A stretch of 63,962 nucleotides of DNA, filler included, from an uncultured bacterium (lineage in GTDB: Bacteria > CAZDME01 > JAYEMH01), in the NCBI GenBank assembly GCA_964506785.1. It is 3 parts of 3 records of this genome, joined end to end, with 100 filler letters (N's around TTAATTAATTAA, not from the genome) between each part and the next. Parts side by side here need not be neighbours in the genome. Positions count along the whole stretch, not along the records: positions 1 to 31,470 come from CAZDME010000011.1; positions 31,571 to 60,248 come from CAZDME010000012.1; 1 more part is not named here. The stretch is one strand, 5' to 3'. Within the stretch, counting starts at the first letter, position 1; each line of letters starts with the position of its first letter. This document shows, piece by piece, positions 30,054 through 38,798 of this stretch. A program made the position numbers and the translations under genes. The notes below the pieces were generated by a model that searched no databases, had not been told where the DNA came from, and was given only the letters and a program-made list of their open reading frames with translations.

Positions 30054-30539
30054 ATGGCTGAAGAGAAGAAAGTTGAGAGAAAGGCAGAAGAGAATCTAGA
30101 GAAAGAGCCCCAGTCGGAGATAAAAAAAGAGGAGGCTCCGAAGAAAGAAGTGCCGAAAAAGCTTCAGGATATTCTTAACACTATTGAGAAAATGACGGTA
30201 CTTGAACTTTCTGAGTTAGTTAAGGCTTTAGAGGATAAATTTGGAGTGAGTGCTGCCCTGCCTATGGCTGCTGGCATGGCTGCTACCGGAGGGGGAGCTG
30301 CCGGAGGTGAAGGAGCAGGAGAGGAAAAAACTTCCTTTACCGTTCAGCTGATTAGCGCCGGAGAGAAAAAAATACAGGTTATCAAAGAGGTAAGAGAAAT
30401 TACTGGACTAGGTTTAAAAGAGGCCAAGGGTTTGGTCGATGCAGCACCTAAACCAGTTAAGGAAAATATTAGTCAGGAGGAAGCAAATAAAATTAAAGAA
30501 AAGCTAGTGGCAGCTGGAGCACAGGTTGAACTAAAATAG
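30054..30539 (+). CDS. rplL: 50S ribosomal protein L7/L12 with N-terminal charged extension
   Basis: [42 protein letters not shown]. Confidence 0.97.
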   Translation: MAEEKKVERKAEENLEKEPQSEIKKEEAPKKEVPKKLQDILNTIEKMTVLELSELVKALEDKFGVSAALPMAAGMAATGGGAAGGEGAGEEKTSFTVQLISAGEKKIQVIKEVREITGLGLKEAKGLVDAAPKPVKENISQEEANKIKEKLVAAGAQVELK

Positions 30540-30569
30540 CTTTTTGCGGGTAATAATGGGGAAAAATAG

Positions 30570-30608
30570 AAAATGGGACAAAACTGTTTGTTTGTCCCAT
30601 TTTTATTT
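30570..30608 (+). terminator. Intrinsic terminator after rplL
   Basis: AAAATGGGACAAA-8 nt-TTTGTCCCATTTT followed by TATTT. Confidence 0.8.
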
Positions 30609-30639
30609 ATACCGAAGAGGAATAAATACTAACTTTTGT

Positions 30640-30668
30640 TTGACTTTAACCTTTAAATTTGATAAAAT
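30640..30668 (+). promoter_or_regulatory. Sigma70 promoter of the BamD-like gene
   Basis: TTGACT, 17 nt, TAAAAT, with TGn extension. Confidence 0.72.
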
Positions 30669-30697
30669 TCCCCTAGGCGATATAAGAGACTAATTGT

Positions 30698-31470
30698 ATG
30701 AATAGACTATCCGGCAAAATCTTCTTTATAAGTGTTATTTTCATCGTTTTAGCCTTTTTATCTCCTTCAAGTTTTGCTTCTTGGATATGGACACCTCAAT
30801 CAGGGAAGTGGGTCAATCCTAAATACGCCACTAAAGAGACAGCCGAAGAACAGTTTCTCTGGGCTGAGGAGTTTTTCGAACGGGGCAATTACAAACGGGC
30901 TATCGATGAATATAGAAAAATCTTAAAGAAATTTTCTGGCAGCCCTTTTGCTTCTCGGGCCCAGCTATCCATTGGGCAAAGCTACTACAAAATGAACAAA
31001 TTTGACCAGGCCCTTGAATCATATCAAAAGGTTATTAATGATTATTCTCTTTCGGAGGTGGTTAAAGAGGCTTTGCAACTAGAGGAAAGATTGGCCGAGG
31101 AGTATCTAGAAAAAAAATCACCCCGCCAATTCCTTATTCCGCAGCATGACCGGTTTAACAAAGCCGCTCAAATCTACCAGCAAATTGTCGATAATTTTCC
31201 TTTCCAATCTCGGGCGGCAGAACTTCAGTATAATGTCGGTTGGGTTTACTATAAAGCTGGAAATTTCAAAGAAGCAATAAAGGCCTTTGAGAAAGTAAAA
31301 AAGAATTATCCGAGAAGCGCCTGGAATGCCAAAAGCAGTTTCATAATTGGGTTAGTTTACTGGACTCAGAGTCCAGAGCGGCTTGAGTATCACCAGGATG
31401 CCGTAAATAAAGCTGTTGACAGCTTCCAAAGCTTTATAAAAGATTATCCGGATCATCCTAAGGTTAAGGA
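30698..31470 (+). CDS. BamD/YfiO-like TPR envelope protein (3' truncated at contig end)
   Basis: Signal peptide (SFA-S), tandem TPRs, YHQDAVNKAVDSFQSFIKDYPDHP resembling BamD. Confidence 0.75.
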
Positions 31471-31570
31471 NNNNNNNNNNNNNNNNNNNNNNNNNNNNNN
31501 NNNNNNNNNNNNNNTTAATTAATTAANNNNNNNNNNNNNNNNNNNNNNNNNNNNNNNNNNNNNNNNNNNN
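31471..31570. other. Artificial contig-joining linker
   Basis: N44-TTAATTAATTAA-N44 (stops in all six frames). Confidence 0.98.
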
Positions 31571-31956
31571 ATTATACCAACAATAAGCCTGCCCCGGTTC
31601 TTTAAGACTCTACTTGCCTCCGCTATTACTTTTCGGGGTTCTCTCACGAAACACAGGGTGGTAATAATCAGTACGTAATCGAATTCGCCGTCATTAAAAG
31701 GAAGGTTTTCTCCTTGCGCTAATTTAACCTTTAGGCCGCGTTTCCGAGCCTTTTCTATCATTTGAGGCGATGAATCTATCCCGATATCTATCCCCAAAGC
31801 CGAAGCAAACCGGCCCGAACCAACACCAATCTCTAATCCCCTGCCTTTGTCCGGCATAACCTTCTTTATAGCTTCGAGTTCGGATAAATAAGCAAATTTA
31901 TTTTTCTCATACCAATCATCGTATTCTTTAGAATACCGGTCAAAAATATTATCCAT
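31571..31956 (-). CDS. Class I SAM-dependent methyltransferase (3' truncated)
   Basis: LEIGVGSGRFA, GIDSSPQM, GENLPF..FDYV, EASRVLK. Confidence 0.88.
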
Positions 31957-32026
31957 TTTATATCGGCCTATTGTTCATTTAACCTTCACTAAAAAATCTA
32001 TCGATGACGGCATTACATTTCCATAA

Positions 32027-32662
32027 TCAAGCGCTTCCTTGCTTTTTGGCGCCGGGCCGGACAAAAAGAAGCGGAAAAATTATATCACTGACACAACAAG
32101 GAAGCCATACAGCTAAAAATAAAAAGATGAAAATGATAAAATAAGAAAACCAATTTATCGCCCCGCCTTTAGCCATCATAATATGGAAAAGCGATGCCCA
32201 GGTGCTTAGGAGTACATGTCCATAGTGAGGAAATTTTGTTGCCGGCCTGAAATAGGCAATGGCGATACCGATTATGGCTAAAGGATTGATTAACCACCAT
32301 TTTTCGATAAACCCAAGGTGAATCCCCCTGTTGGGCAATCCAATTAGAGATTCTCCCAGATATGGAATAACGGAATCACTTAAAGTGGCGATACCCACTG
32401 ACCCCAAATACCCAATAATAAGCAGGATGAAAAGGTTGCATTTGCTTTTAATCCGGCCGCATTTATGAAGCTCATACATAGAGGCAGTAACCAGAGCGCT
32501 TAAAACAACATGAATCGGATGGAGGATGTAAAAAATGTTGTAGGAAATCCCGGCCGGCAATCTCCGGATAAATATTATAATTAAGATACCGGTAAATGCC
32601 CCGAAAGTGGTAAAGGGGGCGTGTTCTTTTAATTCTTTAAAAATCAGTTTATGTTTATGCAT
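32027..32662 (-). CDS. Uncharacterised His/Cys-rich multi-TM membrane protein
   Basis: About six TM helices; HAPFT, LHPIHVVLSA, SDSVIPY, FPHYGHVLLSTWASLFH, PCCVSDIIFP. Confidence 0.7.
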   Translation of the reverse strand: MHKHKLIFKELKEHAPFTTFGAFTGILIIIFIRRLPAGISYNIFYILHPIHVVLSALVTASMYELHKCGRIKSKCNLFILLIIGYLGSVGIATLSDSVIPYLGESLIGLPNRGIHLGFIEKWWLINPLAIIGIAIAYFRPATKFPHYGHVLLSTWASLFHIMMAKGGAINWFSYFIIFIFLFLAVWLPCCVSDIIFPLLFVRPGAKKQGSA

Positions 32663-32680
32663 TTTTGCTCACTGGAATTT

Positions 32681-32802
32681 ACCCCGTTAGAAACAGGTCG
32701 CCTTCAGGCAACCGCCATTCAACCTTTATGGACAGAAAGCAATTCCTTTTCAGCGAATCCTCGCAATTAGATGATGCCTCTACTTTTTATCTATAACGGG
32801 GA
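32681..32802. mobile_element. MITE-like element (122 bp), copy related to 890-1014
   Basis: ACCCCGTTAGAAACAGGTCGCCTTCAGGCAACCG matches the reverse complement of 981-1014; other end CTATAACGGGGA. Confidence 0.7.
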
Positions 32803-33015
32803 TTACCACCATCGGCCGCGTTTTTGATAGGTTTCAATAAACCTTTCTATGCTTCGGTCAAAGGTTTTCTCGACATCATCAGGGAAAAAACAAGCCGGCA
32901 GCTCTCCTAACCGCCAGTGATACTGCAGACACTCACAGCAGATACCTTTTTTACCGCAGGGTTCGTAAGTGCAGTTACACCTACCCCTATTTTCTTTGAC
33001 CTGACACTCAGCCAT
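32803..33015 (-). CDS. Small Cys-rich protein (DUF6485-like)
   Basis: C..N...[20 protein letters not shown]....ELPACFF...EKTFDRS. Confidence 0.75.
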   Translation of the reverse strand: MAECQVKENRGRCNCTYEPCGKKGICCECLQYHWRLGELPACFFPDDVEKTFDRSIERFIETYQKRGRWW

Positions 33016-33025
33016 GCATGCCTTC

Positions 33026-33733
33026 CTATTTATCCAATTTTATTTTCAAACCCGCACCAACCTTAATAAAATTCTCCTTGAACCCTTCTTGAAAAAGCTT
33101 AATGGCTCTCTCGCCGGTACAATGACAGGGAGCCGCTTTTTTAATTCCCATTTCTTTAAGTTCAGAAATTATCTTACCCAAGCTTAAAACTTTCCCCAAA
33201 TGGAACCCGCCCAAAACCAAATAAATTTCCTTAGCGAAGGCTTCTTTAACTTTTCTGACCATTTTTGCAATTCCGGGATGGGCACAGCCGGTAATTACTA
33301 CCAGGCCCGATTTTGTTTCAACCGTCAAAGGAATCTCCGCCGGGCCAAAACTACCCATCTCTGGGCCCGTATGCACTCCCTGGCTAACATTCGTTATTTC
33401 ACTGACCGGAGAAAATTTTATCCCTCTTTTTTTGAGCCCTGTTTTGAAATCTTCCGGGTAAGAATTACCAAAAAAAAGCTCTACCCTATTATTCCCCCCG
33501 ATAACCGCTTCCAGACCGCCGGTATGGTCCCAATGATTATGAGAAAGGACCAAAGCGTCAATATCTTCGGGATTAATCTTTAAAGCATTCAAATTAAAAG
33601 AAAGTTTGCCGGCGTCATCACCAACATCAAAAAGAATCTTTTTATCAAGATGTTCAATCAGACAGGAAAAACCCCAGCCGGATTTTAATCTTTTATCATA
33701 TAGTTCATTGTCATACACTATGGTTATCATCAT
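33026..33733 (-). CDS. MBL-fold metallo-hydrolase (COG1237-like)
   Basis: [44 protein letters not shown]. Confidence 0.9.
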   Translation of the reverse strand: MMITIVYDNELYDKRLKSGWGFSCLIEHLDKKILFDVGDDAGKLSFNLNALKINPEDIDALVLSHNHWDHTGGLEAVIGGNNRVELFFGNSYPEDFKTGLKKRGIKFSPVSEITNVSQGVHTGPEMGSFGPAEIPLTVETKSGLVVITGCAHPGIAKMVRKVKEAFAKEIYLVLGGFHLGKVLSLGKIISELKEMGIKKAAPCHCTGERAIKLFQEGFKENFIKVGAGLKIKLDK

Positions 33734-33740
33734 CTTAGCC

Positions 33741-33847
33741 CCTATCACCAACTCCCTACAACCCACCACCTATGGCCTATTACCTTCAACCTACCACCTA
33801 CAACCTATTTTTCCCCCTACCACCTACTACCTATCCTCCTATAACCC
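33741..33847 (-). repeat. Degenerate heptamer tandem array (CCTAYNA on +, TRRTAGG on the sense strand), about 14 units
   Basis: cctatca ccaactc cctacaa cccacca cctatgg cctatta ccttcaa cctacca cctacaa cctattt ... cctacca cctacta cctatcc. Confidence 0.85.
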
Positions 33848-33856
33848 AGCGCTTCA

Positions 33857-34513
33857 TTATTTAGCTCTCTGGCCAAATATCTTCGTTCCTACCCTCACAA
33901 TATTGGCCCCTTCTTCTATGGCCATGCGGTAAGAATTACTCATACCCATAGAAAGGTATTTCATCTCTACCCCGGGCAGATTAAGCGCTTTTATCTCTTT
34001 AAATATTTTCTTTGTCTTCCGAAAATATGGCCGCGAATTTTCGGGGCTGCCAAAACGCGGCCCCATAGTCATAAGCCCCATTACCTTTATATGTTTAAAT
34101 ACGGAAATATTCTCCGCAAATTTTTCTGCCTTTTCGGGCAAAACACCAAATTTCTGCAATTCTTTCCCGCTATTTATCTCGATCAATACCGGCATTATTT
34201 TTTCTATCTGGATAGAAGCTTTATCAATCTCTTCGGCAATCTGCAAAGAATCAACTGTTTCTATCATATCGAAGATTTTCACTGCCTTTTTTACTTTATT
34301 CTTCTGAAGATGGCCGATAAAATGCCATCTTACTCTTCTGCCTATAATCGCAAAGGCATTTTGAGCCTCTTGAAGATAGTTCTCTCCAATAATTTGTAAC
34401 CCCCCGTCTATTGCCTCCAGAATCTCCTCAGCCGTTCTTTCTTTGGCTGCCCCGACTAATTCTACTCCCTTCGGCAATTCATCCAATAATTTCCTGACAT
34501 TTTCTTTAATCAT
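33857..34513 (-). CDS. yggS: PLP homeostasis protein YggS/PLPBP
   Basis: GAAK, IGENYLQEA, WHFIGHLQKNK, GLMTMGP, LSMGMS, VRVGTKIFG. Confidence 0.95.
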   Translation of the reverse strand: MIKENVRKLLDELPKGVELVGAAKERTAEEILEAIDGGLQIIGENYLQEAQNAFAIIGRRVRWHFIGHLQKNKVKKAVKIFDMIETVDSLQIAEEIDKASIQIEKIMPVLIEINSGKELQKFGVLPEKAEKFAENISVFKHIKVMGLMTMGPRFGSPENSRPYFRKTKKIFKEIKALNLPGVEMKYLSMGMSNSYRMAIEEGANIVRVGTKIFGQRAK

Positions 34514-34544
34514 TCCGGCCGGCGCACTCAATCAAAGATACGAT

Positions 34545-34889
34545 TTATCTGTTATTTTTATCAACCATTACAATCTTTGCTTTTATTTTCCCTATCTCAT
34601 CTTCACTGATTGAAACATACGATATAATGCAAATTTTGTCGCCGGCTTTGCCGCACCTGGCTGCCGGCCCATAAAGAACAGTCCTGCCTGAATTTGCTTT
34701 TTCTTCAATAACGTAGGTTTCGAACCTTTGGCCATTGTTAAAATTCAAAACCTGGACTTTTTCCCCCGGTATAATATCGCTTTTCATCAAGAGGGTTTTA
34801 TCGATTCCGATACTTCCCTGATAATTCAAGTTTGTTTCAGTAATGACGGCCTTATGGATTTTTGATTTAATTACTTCTCTCAGTATCAT
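34545..34889 (-). CDS. panD: Aspartate 1-decarboxylase
   Basis: KSKIHKA..T..NLNYQG|SIGID self-cleavage site, NGQRFETYVI, GPAAR. Confidence 0.93.
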   Translation of the reverse strand: MILREVIKSKIHKAVITETNLNYQGSIGIDKTLLMKSDIIPGEKVQVLNFNNGQRFETYVIEEKANSGRTVLYGPAARCGKAGDKICIISYVSISEDEIGKIKAKIVMVDKNNR

Positions 34890-35010
34890 CCTAACCTCCC
34901 CGCTGCCCTATCCCAGATATTAGAGATTGCCTCCTTGGTCTTTCTGCCTAAAAAGCCTCCAACCTCTTTTAGTTTTTTTATCTTCCTTTAACTATAAGCA
35001 CTTCTCTTAT

Positions 35011-35328
35011 CTATATATGAGGAATTATCTTCTCTTGCAGCACCCCCTTGGGTATTACTCCGATAATTTTATCGACTACTTGGCCGCCTTTAAAAATAGC
35101 CAAGGTCGGGATACTCATAATTCCGTAATTTACCGCTGTCTGCTGAGCCTCATCCACATTCACCTTGCACACCTTTAACTTTCCCTGGTGTTCCTGAGCA
35201 ATTTCTTCAACTATCGGCGCTACCATCAAACATGGCCGGCACCAGGCAGCCCAGAAGTCCACTAAGACCGGAATATTGGATTCCAGCACCTCTTCTTTAA
35301 AACTGGCGTCACTCACTTCAATGTGCAT
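35011..35328 (-). CDS. trxA: Thioredoxin
   Basis: VLVDFWAAWCRPC, KVNVDE, IMSIPTL. Confidence 0.95.
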   Translation of the reverse strand: MHIEVSDASFKEEVLESNIPVLVDFWAAWCRPCLMVAPIVEEIAQEHQGKLKVCKVNVDEAQQTAVNYGIMSIPTLAIFKGGQVVDKIIGVIPKGVLQEKIIPHI

Positions 35329-35330
35329 CT

Positions 35331-35717
35331 TTATCGACTCCTTTCCCTTACAATTTTGGTTTTAATACCTCCTCGAACAGCTACGTCTAATTCCACTTTG
35401 AGTCTTTTAGGTTTGACGCTTTTCCAGAAATCTTCAAAGATTTTATTAGCCAAATGTTCATGAAGAACGGGAATATCCCGGAAGGCGAGAAAATAAAATC
35501 TTAAACTTTTCAATTCAGGGATTAATTTAGCCGGCAGATAAGTAATCCTAACCGTGTAGAAATCTGGGATGCCGGTCATCGGGCAAAGGGCAGTTAATTC
35601 CGGGTACTCATAACTCACCTCTCCTCCTTTAGCATAAAGAAAATCCAGCACTTTAATCTCTGGCAATTTAATTTTTTTCGTATATTGCTCTTGCCTCTTT
35701 ATTTCCATATTACCCAT
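35331..35717 (-). CDS. queF: 7-cyano-7-deazaguanine reductase (type I QueF)
   Basis: PELTALCPMTGIPDF, ELKSLRFY, LHEHLANKI, VRGGI; likely ATG at 35717 or 35708. Confidence 0.9.
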   Translation of the reverse strand: MGNMEIKRQEQYTKKIKLPEIKVLDFLYAKGGEVSYEYPELTALCPMTGIPDFYTVRITYLPAKLIPELKSLRFYFLAFRDIPVLHEHLANKIFEDFWKSVKPKRLKVELDVAVRGGIKTKIVRERSR

Positions 35718-35833
35718 TTTTTCGATTTTATCCTTGAATTTTCTTTTCTTTCTACCGTTTTCCCCTCCCTGCCTTATCTTTCTCACTCTAAACTTTCTAA
35801 TCAATAATCCGAATGCAATAAGCGCTGATTTTC

Positions 35834-35881
35834 GGAAATGATTTTCATTATCGATATAAACGAACTTTGAGCTTTTGTCAA
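35834..35881 (-). promoter_or_regulatory. Sigma70 promoter with adjacent Fur-like box upstream of queF-trxA
   Basis: Minus strand: TTGACA (35881-76), 17 nt, TATATC (35858-53), then GATAATGAAAATCATTTCC (35852-34), 16/19 to the Fur consensus GATAATGATAATCATTATC. Confidence 0.7.
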
Positions 35882-35917
35882 GGTAATTCTTAAAAAATGG
35901 ATTTTGACCTGTTTTAT

Positions 35918-36664
35918 TTAAGGCTGCCTCTTCTCCCAATATTTGGCATAACTGAAAAATTGGTAAAGAGAATCGGAAAAAGCGATCACCACCCCCATAA
36001 AACCGTCTCTATAACCTTTCTTCATTAAAAACCTCCGGAGGAACCGGTCGAGCATTTTTCGGCAAAGAGTAAGGAAACTAATTTTCCTTTTTTCCCGGGA
36101 CCACTTTTCCGCTTCTTTCGTTGTCTGGGAATTTAAGGCGGAAATAAAATGGTGGAAGTCACGGTAGCCGTAATGAATAATATCAGCTTTTAGAAGGCGC
36201 GATTTCCCTTCCAGGAATATTCGGGGATGAACCTCAGCCTCTTCGTAACGAAAGGCACCTTTTTTAAAAAGACGCAATTTACCCGCCGGATACCAGCCTC
36301 CATATCTTATCCAGCGTTTTCCGATATAGGTCCGGATAGGAATGGCATATCCGCTGTACCCTTCTTTTTCCCGCAACACCTCTCTTATTTCTTTAGCCAA
36401 TTTCTCACTTACTCTTTCGTCGGCATCCAGGCTTAAAATCCAATCCCCGGTTGCATTCCCATAAGCCCAGTTACGGTGCCTCCCTTCATTTTCCATTTTC
36501 CTGACAAAAATTTTGTCCGTAAACTGCCGGGCTAATCCGGCCGTTTTATCCTGGCTTTCATCATCGACAACAATTATTTCATCGGCCCACTGAGCGCTCT
36601 TTAGACATTCGGAGATATTCGCCTCTTCGTTTTTGGTAATTACGACAACGGAAATTTTAGTCAT
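35918..36664 (-). CDS. GT2 LPS core glycosyltransferase (WaaE/KdtX-like)
   Basis: ISVVVITKNEE, VVDDESQD, WILSLDADERVS, GWYP...RLF, GYRDG. Confidence 0.88.
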   Translation of the reverse strand: MTKISVVVITKNEEANISECLKSAQWADEIIVVDDESQDKTAGLARQFTDKIFVRKMENEGRHRNWAYGNATGDWILSLDADERVSEKLAKEIREVLREKEGYSGYAIPIRTYIGKRWIRYGGWYPAGKLRLFKKGAFRYEEAEVHPRIFLEGKSRLLKADIIHYGYRDFHHFISALNSQTTKEAEKWSREKRKISFLTLCRKMLDRFLRRFLMKKGYRDGFMGVVIAFSDSLYQFFSYAKYWEKRQP

Positions 36665-37709
36665 TAACCCCTCCCAGAATTTTTTGGGCTGCTTGAAAAA
36701 CTTCAAAAACGGTAATTGCCTTGAGGCACTGAAAGCCCTTATCGCAACTATGCGCTAAACAAACCTGACAACCAGGATCTTTATGAAAAATGATATGTTC
36801 CCTGCCCCGGGGACGCCACCTTCGGGGAGATAACCCCGGCTGCTTTCTACCGAAGATTACCAGGCAGGGCGTTTTCATCGCCGCGGCAATATGCACCGGG
36901 CCGGTATCATTAGAAATAAAAAGCTGCGCCTGCTTTAAAATAGCCCCTACATTCCCCAAAGCCAGCCCTTGAACAATAACCGCCTTTTCCCCTAATAAAC
37001 GCCTTAATCTTTCCAGTAACGGGCCTTCTTCGTTGCTGCCAATGATTATAATTTTTACTGGAAAAGATTCCATTAATTTTTTGCCCACCTCAGCAAATCT
37101 TTCAACCGGCCATCTTTTAGAAGGGCAACTGGCTCCGGGTTGTATCGCCACTAAAGGAATCTTTCTATCCAAGCCGTTTCCCTGGAAAAACTTTAGTGCA
37201 AAATTTTCCTCCTCTTGGCTCACAACCATTTCCACCTCTTTATTAGCAGCGGAAATCCCCCGGGCAGCAATCACCTCAAGATTATATTCTATTTCGTGCT
37301 TCTCCCCTTTAAATTTCTCATCGGGTAGTTTCTTTGTAAGCAGAAAGCCGCATTTTCGGTTATAACCGATTCTCTCCGGAATTCCGGCCAGGAAAGTTAT
37401 GATATTCACCCGGTTAGTCGGATGGAAAACAAAGGCTAAATCAAATTCTTTCTTTCTCAAATCTCTGACGAATTTAAAACTATTCCAGAAGGTCTTATGC
37501 TTTCCTCTTTTATCATAAACGATCACTTCATCCAAATGAGGATTGTTTTTTACCACCTCAACACTATACGGCCGAACCATCATTGCCAGAAAACTTTCCG
37601 GCAGGCTCTGACGAACCGCTCGAATAGCCGGCGTAGTCAAAACAACGTCACCAATCCGATCCGTACGCACCAGTAGAATTCTTTTAGGATTTTTTTTGTT
37701 TCGCTTCAT
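36657..37709 (-). CDS. GT9 heptosyltransferase (WaaF-like)
   Basis: RTDRIGDVVLTTP, SKRWP, ISNDTGPVHIAAA. Confidence 0.9.
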   Translation of the reverse strand: MKRNKKNPKRILLVRTDRIGDVVLTTPAIRAVRQSLPESFLAMMVRPYSVEVVKNNPHLDEVIVYDKRGKHKTFWNSFKFVRDLRKKEFDLAFVFHPTNRVNIITFLAGIPERIGYNRKCGFLLTKKLPDEKFKGEKHEIEYNLEVIAARGISAANKEVEMVVSQEEENFALKFFQGNGLDRKIPLVAIQPGASCPSKRWPVERFAEVGKKLMESFPVKIIIIGSNEEGPLLERLRRLLGEKAVIVQGLALGNVGAILKQAQLFISNDTGPVHIAAAMKTPCLVIFGRKQPGLSPRRWRPRGREHIIFHKDPGCQVCLAHSCDKGFQCLKAITVFEVFQAAQKILGGVND

Positions 37710-38658
37710 TCATAATTTCCTCAAACTTCAGAAAAACTTCATCTACGGAAAGAGATTTCAAACATTGATGTTCCCTGGGGCACTGGGCAAGTTCACAGGG
37801 CGAACAGGACAGATTCTTTCTGACCACGCCCTTTATTGGACTCAAGGGGCCATATTTTACCGGATCAGTCGGCCCAAAAATAGCCAGAGTGGGCACCCCC
37901 AAAGCACTGGCTAAATGAAGAGGCCCGCTGTCATTGGTAATAAAAATTTTTGCCTTTTGGAGAAGAGCCGCCAATTCTTGGAAGTTTAATTTCCCTCCTA
38001 GATTGAAGCTGCCTTTAATCTCTCTAGAAATTTTTGCGCACTTTTCTCTATCTTCCCTTCCCGAAATGAAGGCAATAGGCAGATTGTATACATCCTGAAT
38101 TCTTTGCGCCAATAGAATGAACCCGTCATCTGCCCAGCATTTTAAATGGCTGGCCGCCGTCGGATTGATAACGATTAGCTCGCTATTTATTCTTCCGCCA
38201 AATCTCCTTTTAATATTTTCCTTGGCACCTTCCGAAATATAAAAAGGGAATCTAATTTTATCCGGCTTAATCCCGAATTTTCCTAAACTGCGCAGATGCT
38301 TCCGGACCTGGTGTTCGGGAAACTTGGACCTTTTTGCGAAAATGGGGCTATGATACCTTGAACGCAAAAATAAGGGGAACAAACTATGGCGCAAATCGAC
38401 GACCAAATCGTAACGCTCCCTTCTTAATTTTTTTATAAATAAAAACTTTTCTCCTAAGGTTTTGTGCTTATCGTAAACAATCACTCGGGAGAATTCCGGG
38501 TTATCCTTAACTGCCGGGTAAGCCCGCCTCCCGATTAAAATAGAAATATTCGCTTCGGGAAATTCCCCCCGCAGGCCGCCGGCAACGGGAAGGGTTAAGA
38601 TTACATCGCCAATATTACTTAAGCTGATGACTAAAATACTATTTATGTTTTTCATCAT
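37684..38658 (-). CDS. GT9 heptosyltransferase
   Basis: SNIGDVILTLP, KCW, ITNDSGPLHLASA, FGPTDP. Confidence 0.9.
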   Translation of the reverse strand: MMKNINSILVISLSNIGDVILTLPVAGGLRGEFPEANISILIGRRAYPAVKDNPEFSRVIVYDKHKTLGEKFLFIKKLRRERYDLVVDLRHSLFPLFLRSRYHSPIFAKRSKFPEHQVRKHLRSLGKFGIKPDKIRFPFYISEGAKENIKRRFGGRINSELIVINPTAASHLKCWADDGFILLAQRIQDVYNLPIAFISGREDREKCAKISREIKGSFNLGGKLNFQELAALLQKAKIFITNDSGPLHLASALGVPTLAIFGPTDPVKYGPLSPIKGVVRKNLSCSPCELAQCPREHQCLKSLSVDEVFLKFEEIMNEAKQKKS

Positions 38659-38725
38659 TCTGAAGCCTTTAGTTTCAAAATCTACTATTCAAAACCCAAG
38701 TTTACAGAATTTAGGCTATTCTACT

Positions 38726-38769
38726 ATGCACAAAAACTCGATAGGCAAAAATTGCTTTTGAAAGGATTT
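38726..38769. repeat. ~45-bp intergenic repeat, copy 1 (copy 2 at 46455-46499)
   Basis: ATGCACAAAAACTCGATAGGCAAAAATTGCTTTTGAAAGGATTT versus ATGCACAAAACTAAATAGACAGACAATTTGCTTTTGAAGGGATTT. Confidence 0.65.
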
Positions 38770-38798
38770 TTTTACACCGTGTACACATCTGTCATAAA

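Noticed and set aside
31471-31570. TTAATTAATTAA palindrome, apparent strand switch and convergent ORFs at the gap (also 60249-60348)
   Set aside because: Artificial six-frame-stop linker; adjacency across it has no biological meaning and ORFs running into the Ns are truncated.
33606-33932. ORF with PTTY-like repeats over the heptamer array
   Set aside because: A by-product of the repeat on the antisense strand, overlapping two real genes.
35718-35939. 74-aa N-terminal extension of QueF in the ORF track
   Set aside because: It spans the promoter and Fur box; QueF similarity starts near ATG 35717/35708.
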